This document shows positions 55,129 to 64,000 of a stretch of DNA of 64,000 bases, one piece after another. Source of the stretch: Thioploca sp. Lineage in GTDB: Bacteria; Pseudomonadota; Gammaproteobacteria; Beggiatoales; Beggiatoaceae. The stretch is taken from contig DAOUSR010000001.1 in assembly GCA_030627125.1 (NCBI GenBank), forward strand, positions 14,784 through 78,783, read 5' to 3'. The translations under genes and the position numbers were made by a program. Position 1 is the first letter of the stretch; every line of letters starts with the position of its first letter. The notes under the pieces were generated by a model. The model saw nothing but the letters and a program-made list of their open reading frames with translations, did not search any database and was not told the origin of the DNA.

Positions 55129-55974
55129 ATGCAGAATTCACTCACAGATAAACTATTAACTTCAATTCAATATATCATTCCGCAACATTTCTTATCAAGG
55201 TTGGTATTAAAATTTACTCGATTACAATTAGGAGGTGTTACTCATTGGTTGATTAAACGTTTCATTAAAATTTATGATGTTGATATGAGTATTGCTAACT
55301 TGCCAGAAGCTAGTAACTATGCTAGTTTTAATCAGTTTTTTACCAGAACTTTAAAACCAACTGCCCGACCATTGGCAACTGGTATTATTAGTCCGGTTGA
55401 CGCTGAAATTAGCCAAATTGGTACAATTACATCTGGCTGTTTATTACAAGCTAAAGGCCATTCCTTTAAATTGACAGATTTATTAGGTGGCAATACCGAA
55501 ATTAGTGCTTTATTTCAGCAAGGTTTGTTTTGTACTTTATATTTATCACCTAAAGATTATCATCGGATCCATGTTCCTGTTGCGAGCAAGTTGACGGATA
55601 TGATATATGTACCTGGGCGTTTATTTAGCGTAAATCAACGAACAGCTAGAGTTATTCCTAATCTATTTGCTCGTAATGAACGCTTAATTTGTATATTTGA
55701 AACTGAATTTGGACCAATGGCTTTGATTTTGGTAGGAGCTATTTTTGTTGGTAGTATAGAAACAAAATGGACGGGAGAAATTAATCATTTATCCCAAATC
55801 AAGCATTGGCATCATACAGAAGCTCCCAATCTCCAACTTGGAGCTGAACTTGGACGTTTTAATATGGGTTCTACAGTGATTATGTTGTTAGATTCTAAGC
55901 AAGTAGCATGGCTATCAGAACAGTGTGTACCTAAAAAAATCTTAATGGGACAACAATTGGCACGCCTTTTGTAA
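55129..55974 (+). CDS. psd: Phosphatidylserine decarboxylase proenzyme
   Basis: FNQFFTR, YLSPKDYHRIH, LFARNER, MGST cleavage motif. Confidence 0.93.
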   Translation: MQNSLTDKLLTSIQYIIPQHFLSRLVLKFTRLQLGGVTHWLIKRFIKIYDVDMSIANLPEASNYASFNQFFTRTLKPTARPLATGIISPVDAEISQIGTITSGCLLQAKGHSFKLTDLLGGNTEISALFQQGLFCTLYLSPKDYHRIHVPVASKLTDMIYVPGRLFSVNQRTARVIPNLFARNERLICIFETEFGPMALILVGAIFVGSIETKWTGEINHLSQIKHWHHTEAPNLQLGAELGRFNMGSTVIMLLDSKQVAWLSEQCVPKKILMGQQLARLL

Positions 55975-56090
55975 TGAATTATTTATACAAGGCTAGTTAT
56001 TTTTAAATAAATATCTTTAATATCAATAGTTAATTAAAGAACTATAATACCAATTTATTAAACTTTTAAATTCAATTAGGACATATTATC

Positions 56091-57740
56091 ATGAGAATGT
56101 TTAGAATATTTTATTTATTAATACTCAGTAGTTTATTTGGTTGTAATACTCTAGTTACTAAACCGGTAGCAGACGAAGCAAAGGTTAAAAATACTAATGA
56201 AAAGGTGTATTTATCCGTTCCTTATAGAATTGATGCTACACCTAATTTACCATTATTCGTAGACCAAAACAGCCCATCTACACTTTATTGGAAAAATGAA
56301 TTAGTTTCCACACCGACTAAATCGACTAAGATTAAGAATTCAACCAAGTCAACTTTTTTAAAAAAACCTAAGAAGCGAGTTAAAAAATTTTACTCGACAA
56401 CTAGGAATTACACAGCCAAACAAAAATTAGCTCAAAACACTCCTACTATTGGGCAGGCTATTGCCAAAGCAATTAGACTAATACCAGAAAAAAGAAAATT
56501 CAATGCTAGATATTCTGCCAAAACTGGTAATTTATGGGATCGAGTTAGAAATGGCTATGCTTTCAAGGCAGTTGATAATAATCAAGTTCAACGCGAAATG
56601 AAAAAATTTTTAGCACATCCTTCCTATTTTAAAAGAATTTCTAGTAAAGCTGGTCCATATTTTTATCATATTGTCAAAGAAGTGGAAAAACGTGGTTTGC
56701 CAATGGAACTTGCTTTATTGCCAGCGATAGAGAGTGCTTTTGAACCCAGAGCCATTTCTCATAAAAGTGCTGCTGGTTTGTGGCAGTTTATTCCAGCAAC
56801 TGGTAGATATTATGGACTAGAACAAGATAAATGGTATGATGGTCGGCGTGATATTGTAGCTTCAACTAATGCTGCCTTGAATTATCTAAAGACTTTGAAT
56901 AAAATGTTTGATGGCGATTGGTTTTTAGCTTTAGCCGCTTATAATTATGGCCAGGGCAACATAGGTAAAGCCATTAGACGTAATGAAAAAAATAATCGTC
57001 CTACTGACTTTTGGTCATTAAAGTTACCTAGAGAAACTCGTGAATATGTACCTAAATTAATAGCTTTAGCAAAAATTATAGCTAATCCTAATGAATATGG
57101 GATAAAATTACAAACAATTAATAATCGCCCATATTTTGAAAAAATTAATATAGGCCGCCAGATTGAATTGTCTGTGGTAGCTCAATTAGCTGGAATATCT
57201 GGTTCTGACTTAAAATTACTAAACCCATGTTATAAACGTGGAATTACTTCGCCTAAAGGACCGCATGATATCACCCTTCCTGTAAGTAAAGTTTTTCAAT
57301 TTAAACAACGTCTTGCTCAAATACCAAATATTTTAGAATTGGTAAAAACTGCTTCTTTAACTAATAGGTCAATTGTCAAGTATCGGAAAATTTATCGTAA
57401 GGTTATTAATAAATCAACAAATGATTTAGGGAAGCACAGAGTTAAAAGAGATGATAGTTTATGGGCGATCGCTAAACAGTATAATATATCAGTTGATAAA
57501 ATTCGTAGTTTAAATAAATTAAGCAAGAATTATTCTCTAAAGATTGGTCAACAATTAGTAGTATCATCTGTAGCAAAAGTTATTCGTACAGCAATAACTA
57601 AAGGACATAAAGTTCGTAAAGGCGATAGTTTATGGATAATTGCCAAACGATATGGAACTACAGTATCATTATTGAAAAAGTTGAATAAATTTAAAAATAA
57701 TTCTTTAAAAGTTGGTAAATTATTGCTAATACCAAATTAG
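56091..57740 (+). CDS. mltD: Membrane-bound lytic murein transglycosylase D-like lipoprotein with two LysM domains
   Basis: LFGC lipobox, IESAF, AAGLWQF, AAYNYG; two HxV..D.SLW.IAK LysM repeats. Confidence 0.85.
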   Translation: MRMFRIFYLLILSSLFGCNTLVTKPVADEAKVKNTNEKVYLSVPYRIDATPNLPLFVDQNSPSTLYWKNELVSTPTKSTKIKNSTKSTFLKKPKKRVKKFYSTTRNYTAKQKLAQNTPTIGQAIAKAIRLIPEKRKFNARYSAKTGNLWDRVRNGYAFKAVDNNQVQREMKKFLAHPSYFKRISSKAGPYFYHIVKEVEKRGLPMELALLPAIESAFEPRAISHKSAAGLWQFIPATGRYYGLEQDKWYDGRRDIVASTNAALNYLKTLNKMFDGDWFLALAAYNYGQGNIGKAIRRNEKNNRPTDFWSLKLPRETREYVPKLIALAKIIANPNEYGIKLQTINNRPYFEKINIGRQIELSVVAQLAGISGSDLKLLNPCYKRGITSPKGPHDITLPVSKVFQFKQRLAQIPNILELVKTASLTNRSIVKYRKIYRKVINKSTNDLGKHRVKRDDSLWAIAKQYNISVDKIRSLNKLSKNYSLKIGQQLVVSSVAKVIRTAITKGHKVRKGDSLWIIAKRYGTTVSLLKKLNKFKNNSLKVGKLLLIPN

Positions 57741-57776
57741 AAATATATTAGATAAAATAGGTGTATTAGCACTTAA

Positions 57777-57820
57777 TTAGGCCGACAATCTGTTAAATTT
57801 TACAAGGATTGCTGGCCTAA
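57777..57820 (+). terminator. Hairpin downstream of mltD
   Basis: TTAGGCC..CAATC...GATTG..GGCCTAA; no clear U-tract. Confidence 0.35.
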
Positions 57821-57889
57821 CCTGCTTAATATCCATTTGACTAAATTTTTCAAAAAAATACTATCCAACAATATTTAGGAAGTTAAAAT

Positions 57890-58825
57890 ATGTCACAAAA
57901 ATATCGCTTGGTAACAAGAAGTGATTTTGATGGATTAATTTGTGCAGTTTTATTAAAAGAACTAGAGCTAATAGATGATATTAAATTTGTCCATCCTCGA
58001 GATGTACAATTAGGAAGAATTCCAATTGGCCCTAATGATATTACTACTAACTTGCCTTATTCTCCTGGAGCTCATCTAATCTTTGATCATCATTTAAGTG
58101 AAGCCATAAGAATTTTAGGAGAACAAAGTCGTCCAGCTAATTATATTATTGATCCTGATGCACCATCTGCTGCTAGAGTAGTTTATAACTATTATGGATG
58201 TGAAAAATTTCCAAATATTAGTGAAGATATGATTATTTCAGTTGATAAGGCTGATTCGGCTGATTTTACTCGTGACGAAATTTTATTTCCAACAGATTGG
58301 GTATTACTTAATTATTTAATGGACCCTAGAAGTGGTTTGGGACGTTTTAAGCATTTTAGAATTTCTAATTATGATTTAATGATGATGCTAATTGATTATT
58401 GTAAAACTCATACTATTGATGAAATATTAAAATTACCAGATGTTGAAGAGCGAGTTAAACTATATTTTGAACACCAAAAAGCATCTATGGAACAGATTGA
58501 AAAATGTTCTACTGTGCGTAAAAATATAGTTGTGTTGGATTTAAGAAATGAAGATGAAATTTTTACTACCAATCGATTTGTAATCTATGCTCTTTACCCA
58601 GAATGCAATATTTCTATCCACGTATTATGGGGATTACAAAGGCAAAACACTGTGTTAGCGATTGGTAAATCAATTCTTGATCGTTCTTCTAAAACTAATA
58701 TAGGTGTACTCATGCTGGAATATAGTGGTGGTGGGCATAAAGGAGCTGGAACTTGTCAAGTGCCCAATGATAATTCGGATGATATTTTACAAGAAATTAT
58801 TGAAAGGATAAATAATGATGGCTAA
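57890..58825 (+). CDS. DHH-family phosphoesterase (nanoRNase/exopolyphosphatase-like)
   Basis: TRSDFDG, FDHH, GGGH. Confidence 0.85.
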   Translation: MSQKYRLVTRSDFDGLICAVLLKELELIDDIKFVHPRDVQLGRIPIGPNDITTNLPYSPGAHLIFDHHLSEAIRILGEQSRPANYIIDPDAPSAARVVYNYYGCEKFPNISEDMIISVDKADSADFTRDEILFPTDWVLLNYLMDPRSGLGRFKHFRISNYDLMMMLIDYCKTHTIDEILKLPDVEERVKLYFEHQKASMEQIEKCSTVRKNIVVLDLRNEDEIFTTNRFVIYALYPECNISIHVLWGLQRQNTVLAIGKSILDRSSKTNIGVLMLEYSGGGHKGAGTCQVPNDNSDDILQEIIERINNDG

Positions 58826-59606
58826 AATTTTACGTTTGCTAATTTTAATATTAATTTTCTTAATCAGCGTACCAACTTATGCCAGCCATATTTTGGTATT
58901 TGTGCATGGTTATTTAGGTGATGGCGGTGAATGGCGACCAACCGGTATCATTAACACGTTACAACATAATGGTTGGCAAGATGCTGGGCATTTATTTCCT
59001 CAGGGGCCAGCATTAAGCATGATTCAACCCATCGCTACTGTGAATTATATATATACCGTAACCTTGCCTTCAGAAGCACCTTTATCATCTCAAGCCCAGT
59101 GGTTGGATGTATATTTACGAACTTTGCAACAACGCCACCCTGATAGCTCATTAATCATAGTTGGACATTCTGCTGGTGGGGTAGTAGCTCGATTAGTTAT
59201 GGTAGCAGGGAAAATTCCAGTCCAAGGTTTAATTAGTATTGCCAGCCCACATTTAGGAACGAATAAAGCTGAATTAGGAGCAGAGATTAGTAATAGTCCT
59301 GCTGGTTGGATTACTCCTATGTTAGGGTTAGGTACAATTAATCGCAGTCAAGGATTATATAGAGATTTGATTAGAGAACGTCCGTATACTCTACTATTTT
59401 GGCTTAATCGCCAACCACATCCACAAACTTCTTATATATCAGTAATTAGAACTGGGGATAATTGGGTTGCACCTTATAGTCAGGATATGAATAATGTTGT
59501 GGCCTTAAAAGGTTTATCCGAAACTGTGGTAACGGTTGGTAAGCATAGTTTAAATCCATCTGATGGGCCATTACTGGTTACTTTGCTAAGTAAGTTTCTT
59601 AAATGA
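58815..59606 (+). CDS. Secreted alpha/beta hydrolase (lipase/PGAP1-like)
   Basis: FVHGY, GHSAGG nucleophile elbow, SPHLG; signal peptide. Confidence 0.8.
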   Translation: MMAKILRLLILILIFLISVPTYASHILVFVHGYLGDGGEWRPTGIINTLQHNGWQDAGHLFPQGPALSMIQPIATVNYIYTVTLPSEAPLSSQAQWLDVYLRTLQQRHPDSSLIIVGHSAGGVVARLVMVAGKIPVQGLISIASPHLGTNKAELGAEISNSPAGWITPMLGLGTINRSQGLYRDLIRERPYTLLFWLNRQPHPQTSYISVIRTGDNWVAPYSQDMNNVVALKGLSETVVTVGKHSLNPSDGPLLVTLLSKFLK

Positions 59607-59848
59607 CAGTAAAAATATATTCTGCTACAAAACGTCTTTTGATAAATTTATAAACATTATATAATCAAAAAATATTTGCTAGAATAAGATTAATCCTATA
59701 TAATATGGCCAATAATTAATAAGATATTAAGAATATGAGACCAATGAAGCATTTGAACTCAATTATATACTATTATTTTAGAGAATATGTTTTATTGGTA
59801 ATATAAAAAATTTTAGAACAGTGGTTAATCATAATAATAGTTCTTTAT

Positions 59849-59876
59849 TAAAGTGGGCTTAGTGCCCATTTTTTTA
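59849..59876 (+). promoter_or_regulatory. Terminator-like hairpin in the rimP leader
   Basis: GTGGGC-ttagt-GCCCAT followed by a T-tract just upstream of rimP, as in other gammaproteobacterial rimP leaders. Confidence 0.6.
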
Positions 59877-59890
59877 TTTCTATAAGGCGG

Positions 59891-60346
59891 TTGAAATTGT
59901 TAGATAAAGGATTGCAAGAATTATTGGCTCCAACTATTGTAGCATTAGGTTACGAATTAGTTGGTGTAATGCGTAGTTCACAAGGAGGGCATGGTGTCCT
60001 GTTACGCATATACATAGATAGTCCTAATGGGATTACATTATCTGATTGTGGACAAGTTAGCCATCAAGTAGATGGCGTACTAAGTGTTAATAGTCCAATA
60101 CAAGGTCATTACATTTTGGAAGTATCATCTCCTGGTTTAGATCGACCCTTGTTTACATTAGAACATTTTGTGCGTTTTACCGGTCATAAAGTTAAAATTC
60201 ATCTAACACGCCCTAAAGATGGACGACGTAACTTTATCGGAACGTTACAAAAAGTACAAGATAATGATGTGGTAATAATGGTAGATGGAGCGGAATATAA
60301 TTTGCCTTTTGAAAGAATAGATAAGGCACATATTGTGCCTGAATAA
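59891..60346 (+). CDS. rimP: Ribosome maturation factor RimP
   Basis: LRIYID, LEVSSPGLDRPL; upstream of nusA. Confidence 0.95.
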   Translation: MKLLDKGLQELLAPTIVALGYELVGVMRSSQGGHGVLLRIYIDSPNGITLSDCGQVSHQVDGVLSVNSPIQGHYILEVSSPGLDRPLFTLEHFVRFTGHKVKIHLTRPKDGRRNFIGTLQKVQDNDVVIMVDGAEYNLPFERIDKAHIVPE

Positions 60347-60377
60347 CCACATATTTGAGCTAAAATAGAGGTGGTAT

Positions 60378-61850
60378 ATGAGTAAAGATATTCTTTTGGT
60401 CGTGGATGCGGTGTCCAATGAAAAAGGCGTTACTAGGGAAGTTATTTTCGATGCTTTAGAATGTGCTATCGCAACTGTTACCAAAAAATCTTATGAAGGT
60501 AATGTTGATATATATGTACATATAGATCGACATAGTGGAGAATATCAAGCATTTCAACGTTGGCAAGTAGTAAAGAATGAAGCTAAAAATGAAACTGAAA
60601 TTAGCTTAGAAGATGCACGAGAAAAAAATGCTGATATAAATGAAGAAGAATTTATTGAAGAATCAATAGAATCCGTTAGTTTTGGTCGTATCGGAGCTCA
60701 AACTGCTAAACAAGTTATAGTACAAAAAATTCGGGAAGCTGAACGGGCTAAAATTGTTGAAACATATAAAGACCGTCAAGGTGAATTGGTTAATGGAATT
60801 ATAAAACGCATAGAGCGTGGCAATATTATCCTTGATTTAGGCGAAAATATAGAAGCAATAATTTTACGTGAGGATATGGTTCCGCGTGAAACAGTGCGTT
60901 TAGGAGATCATTTACGTGGTTATTTACAAAGTGTACGTTCTGAGCCTCGTGGTCCACAATTATTCCTATCACGAGTTGCTCCAGAATTATTAATTAAGCT
61001 ATTTGACATGGAAGTACCTGAAATTGGTGAACATTTTTTAGAAATAATAAGTGCTGCTCGTGATCCAGGTTCAAGAGCTAAAATTGCTGTAAGTTCCAAA
61101 GACCCTAGAATTGATCCAATCGGAGCCTGTGTGGGAATGCGTGGCTCTCGGATTCAAACTATTTCTAATGAATTAAATGGTGAACGAGTCGATATTATTT
61201 TATGGGATGAAAATCCAGCTCAGTTTGTAATGAATGCAATGTCACCGGCAGAAGTAATATCCATTGTTATTGACGAAGAAATTCATAGTATGGATGTTGC
61301 CGTGCGTGAGGATCAGCTATCTCAAGCTATCGGAAGAAGTGGGCAAAATGTACGTCTTGCTACTGAATTGACTGGTTGGAAGTTGAATATAATGACTGAG
61401 TCACAAGCATCCGAAAAATATGAGCAAGAAACAATGACGATAGTCAGGCTCTTTATGGATGATTTGGAAGTTGATAAAGAAATTGCTGAAGTTTTATTAC
61501 AAGAAGGTTTTTCCTCATTAGAAGAAATAGCTTATGTACCATTCGATGAAATGCTTAATATTGAAGAGTTTGATGAAGAGCTTGTGAAAGAATTGCGGAC
61601 TCGAGCTAAGGATACATTATTAACTCGAGCTATTGCTAGTGAAGAACAAGCTGATAAAGCCAGTGAGCTATCCGCTATGGATGGAATAAATCAACAATTA
61701 ATTCAAGTTCTTGAGAAGCATGGTATTGTTAGTATAGATTCTCTTGCCGAACAATCGGTAGAAGATTTGATAGTTTTAGATGGTATTGATGAAGCTAATG
61801 CAGGGAAACTTATCATGACTGCAAGAGCTTCTTGGTTTGATAATCAATAA
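60378..61850 (+). CDS. nusA: Transcription factor NusA
   Basis: FGRIGAQTAKQVI, ARDPGSRAKIAV, AIGRSGQNVRLA. Confidence 0.97.
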   Translation: MSKDILLVVDAVSNEKGVTREVIFDALECAIATVTKKSYEGNVDIYVHIDRHSGEYQAFQRWQVVKNEAKNETEISLEDAREKNADINEEEFIEESIESVSFGRIGAQTAKQVIVQKIREAERAKIVETYKDRQGELVNGIIKRIERGNIILDLGENIEAIILREDMVPRETVRLGDHLRGYLQSVRSEPRGPQLFLSRVAPELLIKLFDMEVPEIGEHFLEIISAARDPGSRAKIAVSSKDPRIDPIGACVGMRGSRIQTISNELNGERVDIILWDENPAQFVMNAMSPAEVISIVIDEEIHSMDVAVREDQLSQAIGRSGQNVRLATELTGWKLNIMTESQASEKYEQETMTIVRLFMDDLEVDKEIAEVLLQEGFSSLEEIAYVPFDEMLNIEEFDEELVKELRTRAKDTLLTRAIASEEQADKASELSAMDGINQQLIQVLEKHGIVSIDSLAEQSVEDLIVLDGIDEANAGKLIMTARASWFDNQ

Positions 61851-62042
61851 GGTGGTTTTCCACCCTAATTTTCAAAGTAACAGACATAAATGTCTGTCCT
61901 AACAAGGATAATGACCCATGTCTTAATTTTAACTACTTAATGTTATTCAGAAAATCATACGATTTATAACTTGTAGGTGGATATTGACCTTACTAAAATT
62001 ATAATCTTTCTGTATAACATAATTATATATATCTTAGAATAA

Positions 62043-64000
62043 ATGGCTGAAGTAACTGTAAGACAATTTGCTGATAAATTAGAAATTCCTATTGAACGTT
62101 TGTTAACCCAATTGGGTCAGGCCGGATTACCAGTAAAAATAGCTGATGATAGGATTGATGATAAAGAAAAAAACCAATTATTAACTTATCTACGCCATCT
62201 TCATGGTAAAGATGATATTGGGCAAGAATTATCTTCTGATCCAAAGAAGATTACTCTTAAGCGAAAAACTACCAGTGAACTTAAGGTATCTAATCCTACT
62301 GGACGTACTAAAACAGTACATGTTGAGATAAGAAAGAAACGTACTTACGTTAAACGTACTCCCCAAAAACTTGAATCTAAGGAAGAGATAATTTTAGAAA
62401 CTAATCCAAGTAATGATACTACTTCTACAGAAATTACTCCTAAAGAAGCTGCTGTAAATACTCAAAAACCGGTAGTTGATGCTCCAAAAACTATCAAACC
62501 TACTGTTAAAAAACGTTCAGAGGTTAAAGAATATTCAGCTAAATCAGTAGCAGTCAATCCTAAGAGAACAGAAACACCGGCTGGAACAACCATAAAGGTT
62601 AGGGCTAAAAAACGTAATGAAGAAGTTATAGATTCTGGCACGGTAAAAATCAAAACTAAAAAACGTCAGCCAGTAGAAACAGTACAACCTATCCCACCAA
62701 CCACTGATAAGAAACCAGTAATAAAGGTTGATTCCGAAATTCCTCCTCCTATTAGCACGAAAGTTAAGGAAGAACCAGTTAAGAAGGAAGCACCAAAGGC
62801 AGTTAAACCTGAGAAAAAACCTTCCTCTGATATTAAGGAAATTAAAGATGATAAATCTCCTAAGAAACCAGCACAACAACGTAAACGTGGTGGCGAGAAT
62901 AAACCTGCTAAATCTAATCGGAAATTAGAATACAATAAAAATGGTAGGAAAGAGCATTTTGGTAAAAAGCGTGGTAAACAGTTTTCCAAACCAACAGAAT
63001 ATCAACATGGTAGTTTTCAAAGACCAACAGCCCCTGTTATCCATGAGGTTTTATTACCTGAAGCCATAACGGTTGCTGAATTAGCTCAAAAAATGTCGTT
63101 GAAAGCAGCTACTGTCATCAAAGCTACCATGAAAATGGGAACTATGGTGACTATCAATCAAATTTTGGATCAGGAAACTGCGGCTATTATTGTGGAAGAA
63201 ATGGGCCACACTTCTAAACTGTTAAAGGATAATGAAATAGAAGTTGGTTTAATGCAAACTGGCCAACAAGTTGGAACTCAAGTATCTCGCTTTCCAGTAG
63301 TTACTATCATGGGTCATGTTGATCATGGCAAGACTTCTCTATTGGATTATATTAGAGTAACCAAGGTTGCAGATGGTGAAGCTGGTGGTATTACCCAACA
63401 TATTGGAGCTTATCATGTTGATACTCCTAAAGGTAGCGTTTGTTTTTTAGACACTCCTGGCCATGCCGCTTTTACTGCGATGCGAGCTAGAGGAGCAAAA
63501 GCTACAGATATCGTAATTTTGGTAGTTGCAGCTGACGATGGCGTTATGCCACAAACAATAGAAGCTATTCAACATGCTAAAGCTGCTGCTGTACCATTGA
63601 TAGTTGCTCTCAATAAGATTGATAAACCGAATGCTGATCAGGAACGAGTTAAACAAGAATTAGTGGCAAAGGAAGTTATCCCGGAAGATTGGGGCGGTGA
63701 TACTATGTTCGTGCCAGTATCAGCTAAAACTGGGATTGGGATTGATAATTTATTAGATGCCATCTTGTTGCAATCTGAAATGTTGGAACTTACCACTGTT
63801 GCTGAAGGTGCTGCAACTGGTGTAATCGTTGAATCACGGTTAGATAAAGGTCGTGGTGTAATAGCAACGGTATTGGTCCAAAGTGGAGTCTTGAAAAAAG
63901 GTGATATTTTATTAGCTGGTAGAGAGTTTGGCCGTGTACGAGCCATGTTAAATGAAAATGGTAAATCAATATCAGAAGCAGGTCCTTCAATTCCCGTAGA
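62043..64000 (+). CDS. infB: Translation initiation factor IF-2, partial; runs off the window end
   Basis: Manual translation: [10 protein letters not shown]...; [22 protein letters not shown]. Confidence 0.96.
   Translation, partial: MAEVTVRQFADKLEIPIERLLTQLGQAGLPVKIADDRIDDKEKNQLLTYLRHLHGKDDIGQELSSDPKKITLKRKTTSELKVSNPTGRTKTVHVEIRKKRTYVKRTPQKLESKEEIILETNPSNDTTSTEITPKEAAVNTQKPVVDAPKTIKPTVKKRSEVKEYSAKSVAVNPKRTETPAGTTIKVRAKKRNEEVIDSGTVKIKTKKRQPVETVQPIPPTTDKKPVIKVDSEIPPPISTKVKEEPVKKEAPKAVKPEKKPSSDIKEIKDDKSPKKPAQQRKRGGENKPAKSNRKLEYNKNGRKEHFGKKRGKQFSKPTEYQHGSFQRPTAPVIHEVLLPEAITVAELAQKMSLKAATVIKATMKMGTMVTINQILDQETAAIIVEEMGHTSKLLKDNEIEVGLMQTGQQVGTQVSRFPVVTIMGHVDHGKTSLLDYIRVTKVADGEAGGITQHIGAYHVDTPKGSVCFLDTPGHAAFTAMRARGAKATDIVILVVAADDGVMPQTIEAIQHAKAAAVPLIVALNKIDKPNADQERVKQELVAKEVIPEDWGGDTMFVPVSAKTGIGIDNLLDAILLQSEMLELTTVAEGAATGVIVESRLDKGRGVIATVLVQSGVLKKGDILLAGREFGRVRAMLNENGKSISEAGPSIPV

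Noticed and set aside
62462-63990. Cluster of short ORFs at the window end
   Set aside because: Shadows of infB, which the ORF track misses because it has no stop in the window.

Overview
AT-rich chromosomal window from a gammaproteobacterium. Gene content, intergenic repeats and protein styles suggest a large sulfur bacterium (Beggiatoaceae/Thiotrichales); this is an inference. Housekeeping genes (purL, kdsA, rplM-rpsI, tRNA-Gln, glnK-amtB, rbfA-truB, rdgC, iscRSU, glnA, pyrG-psd, mltD, rimP-nusA-infB) are mixed with secreted proteins and signalling genes. Main finding: iscU is split between the Gly38 and Asp39 codons, next to the Fe-S ligand Cys37, by a 1015-nt group I intron (43247-44261, minus strand). 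The intron has a readable ribozyme core and a LAGLIDADG homing endonuclease ORF. Other candidates: a membrane adenylate cyclase with both a NIT (nitrate-sensing) domain and a hemerythrin (O2-binding) domain; a Rab-like small GTPase flanked by two copies of an uncharacterised PAS-like domain, one fused to a hybrid kinase; a GT2-glycoside hydrolase fusion; a decayed ATPase+HNH (Septu/PtuAB-like) pair; a MITE family with target-site duplications; REP-like palindromes; and a structured rplM leader. All calls come from reading the sequence; no database searches were run.
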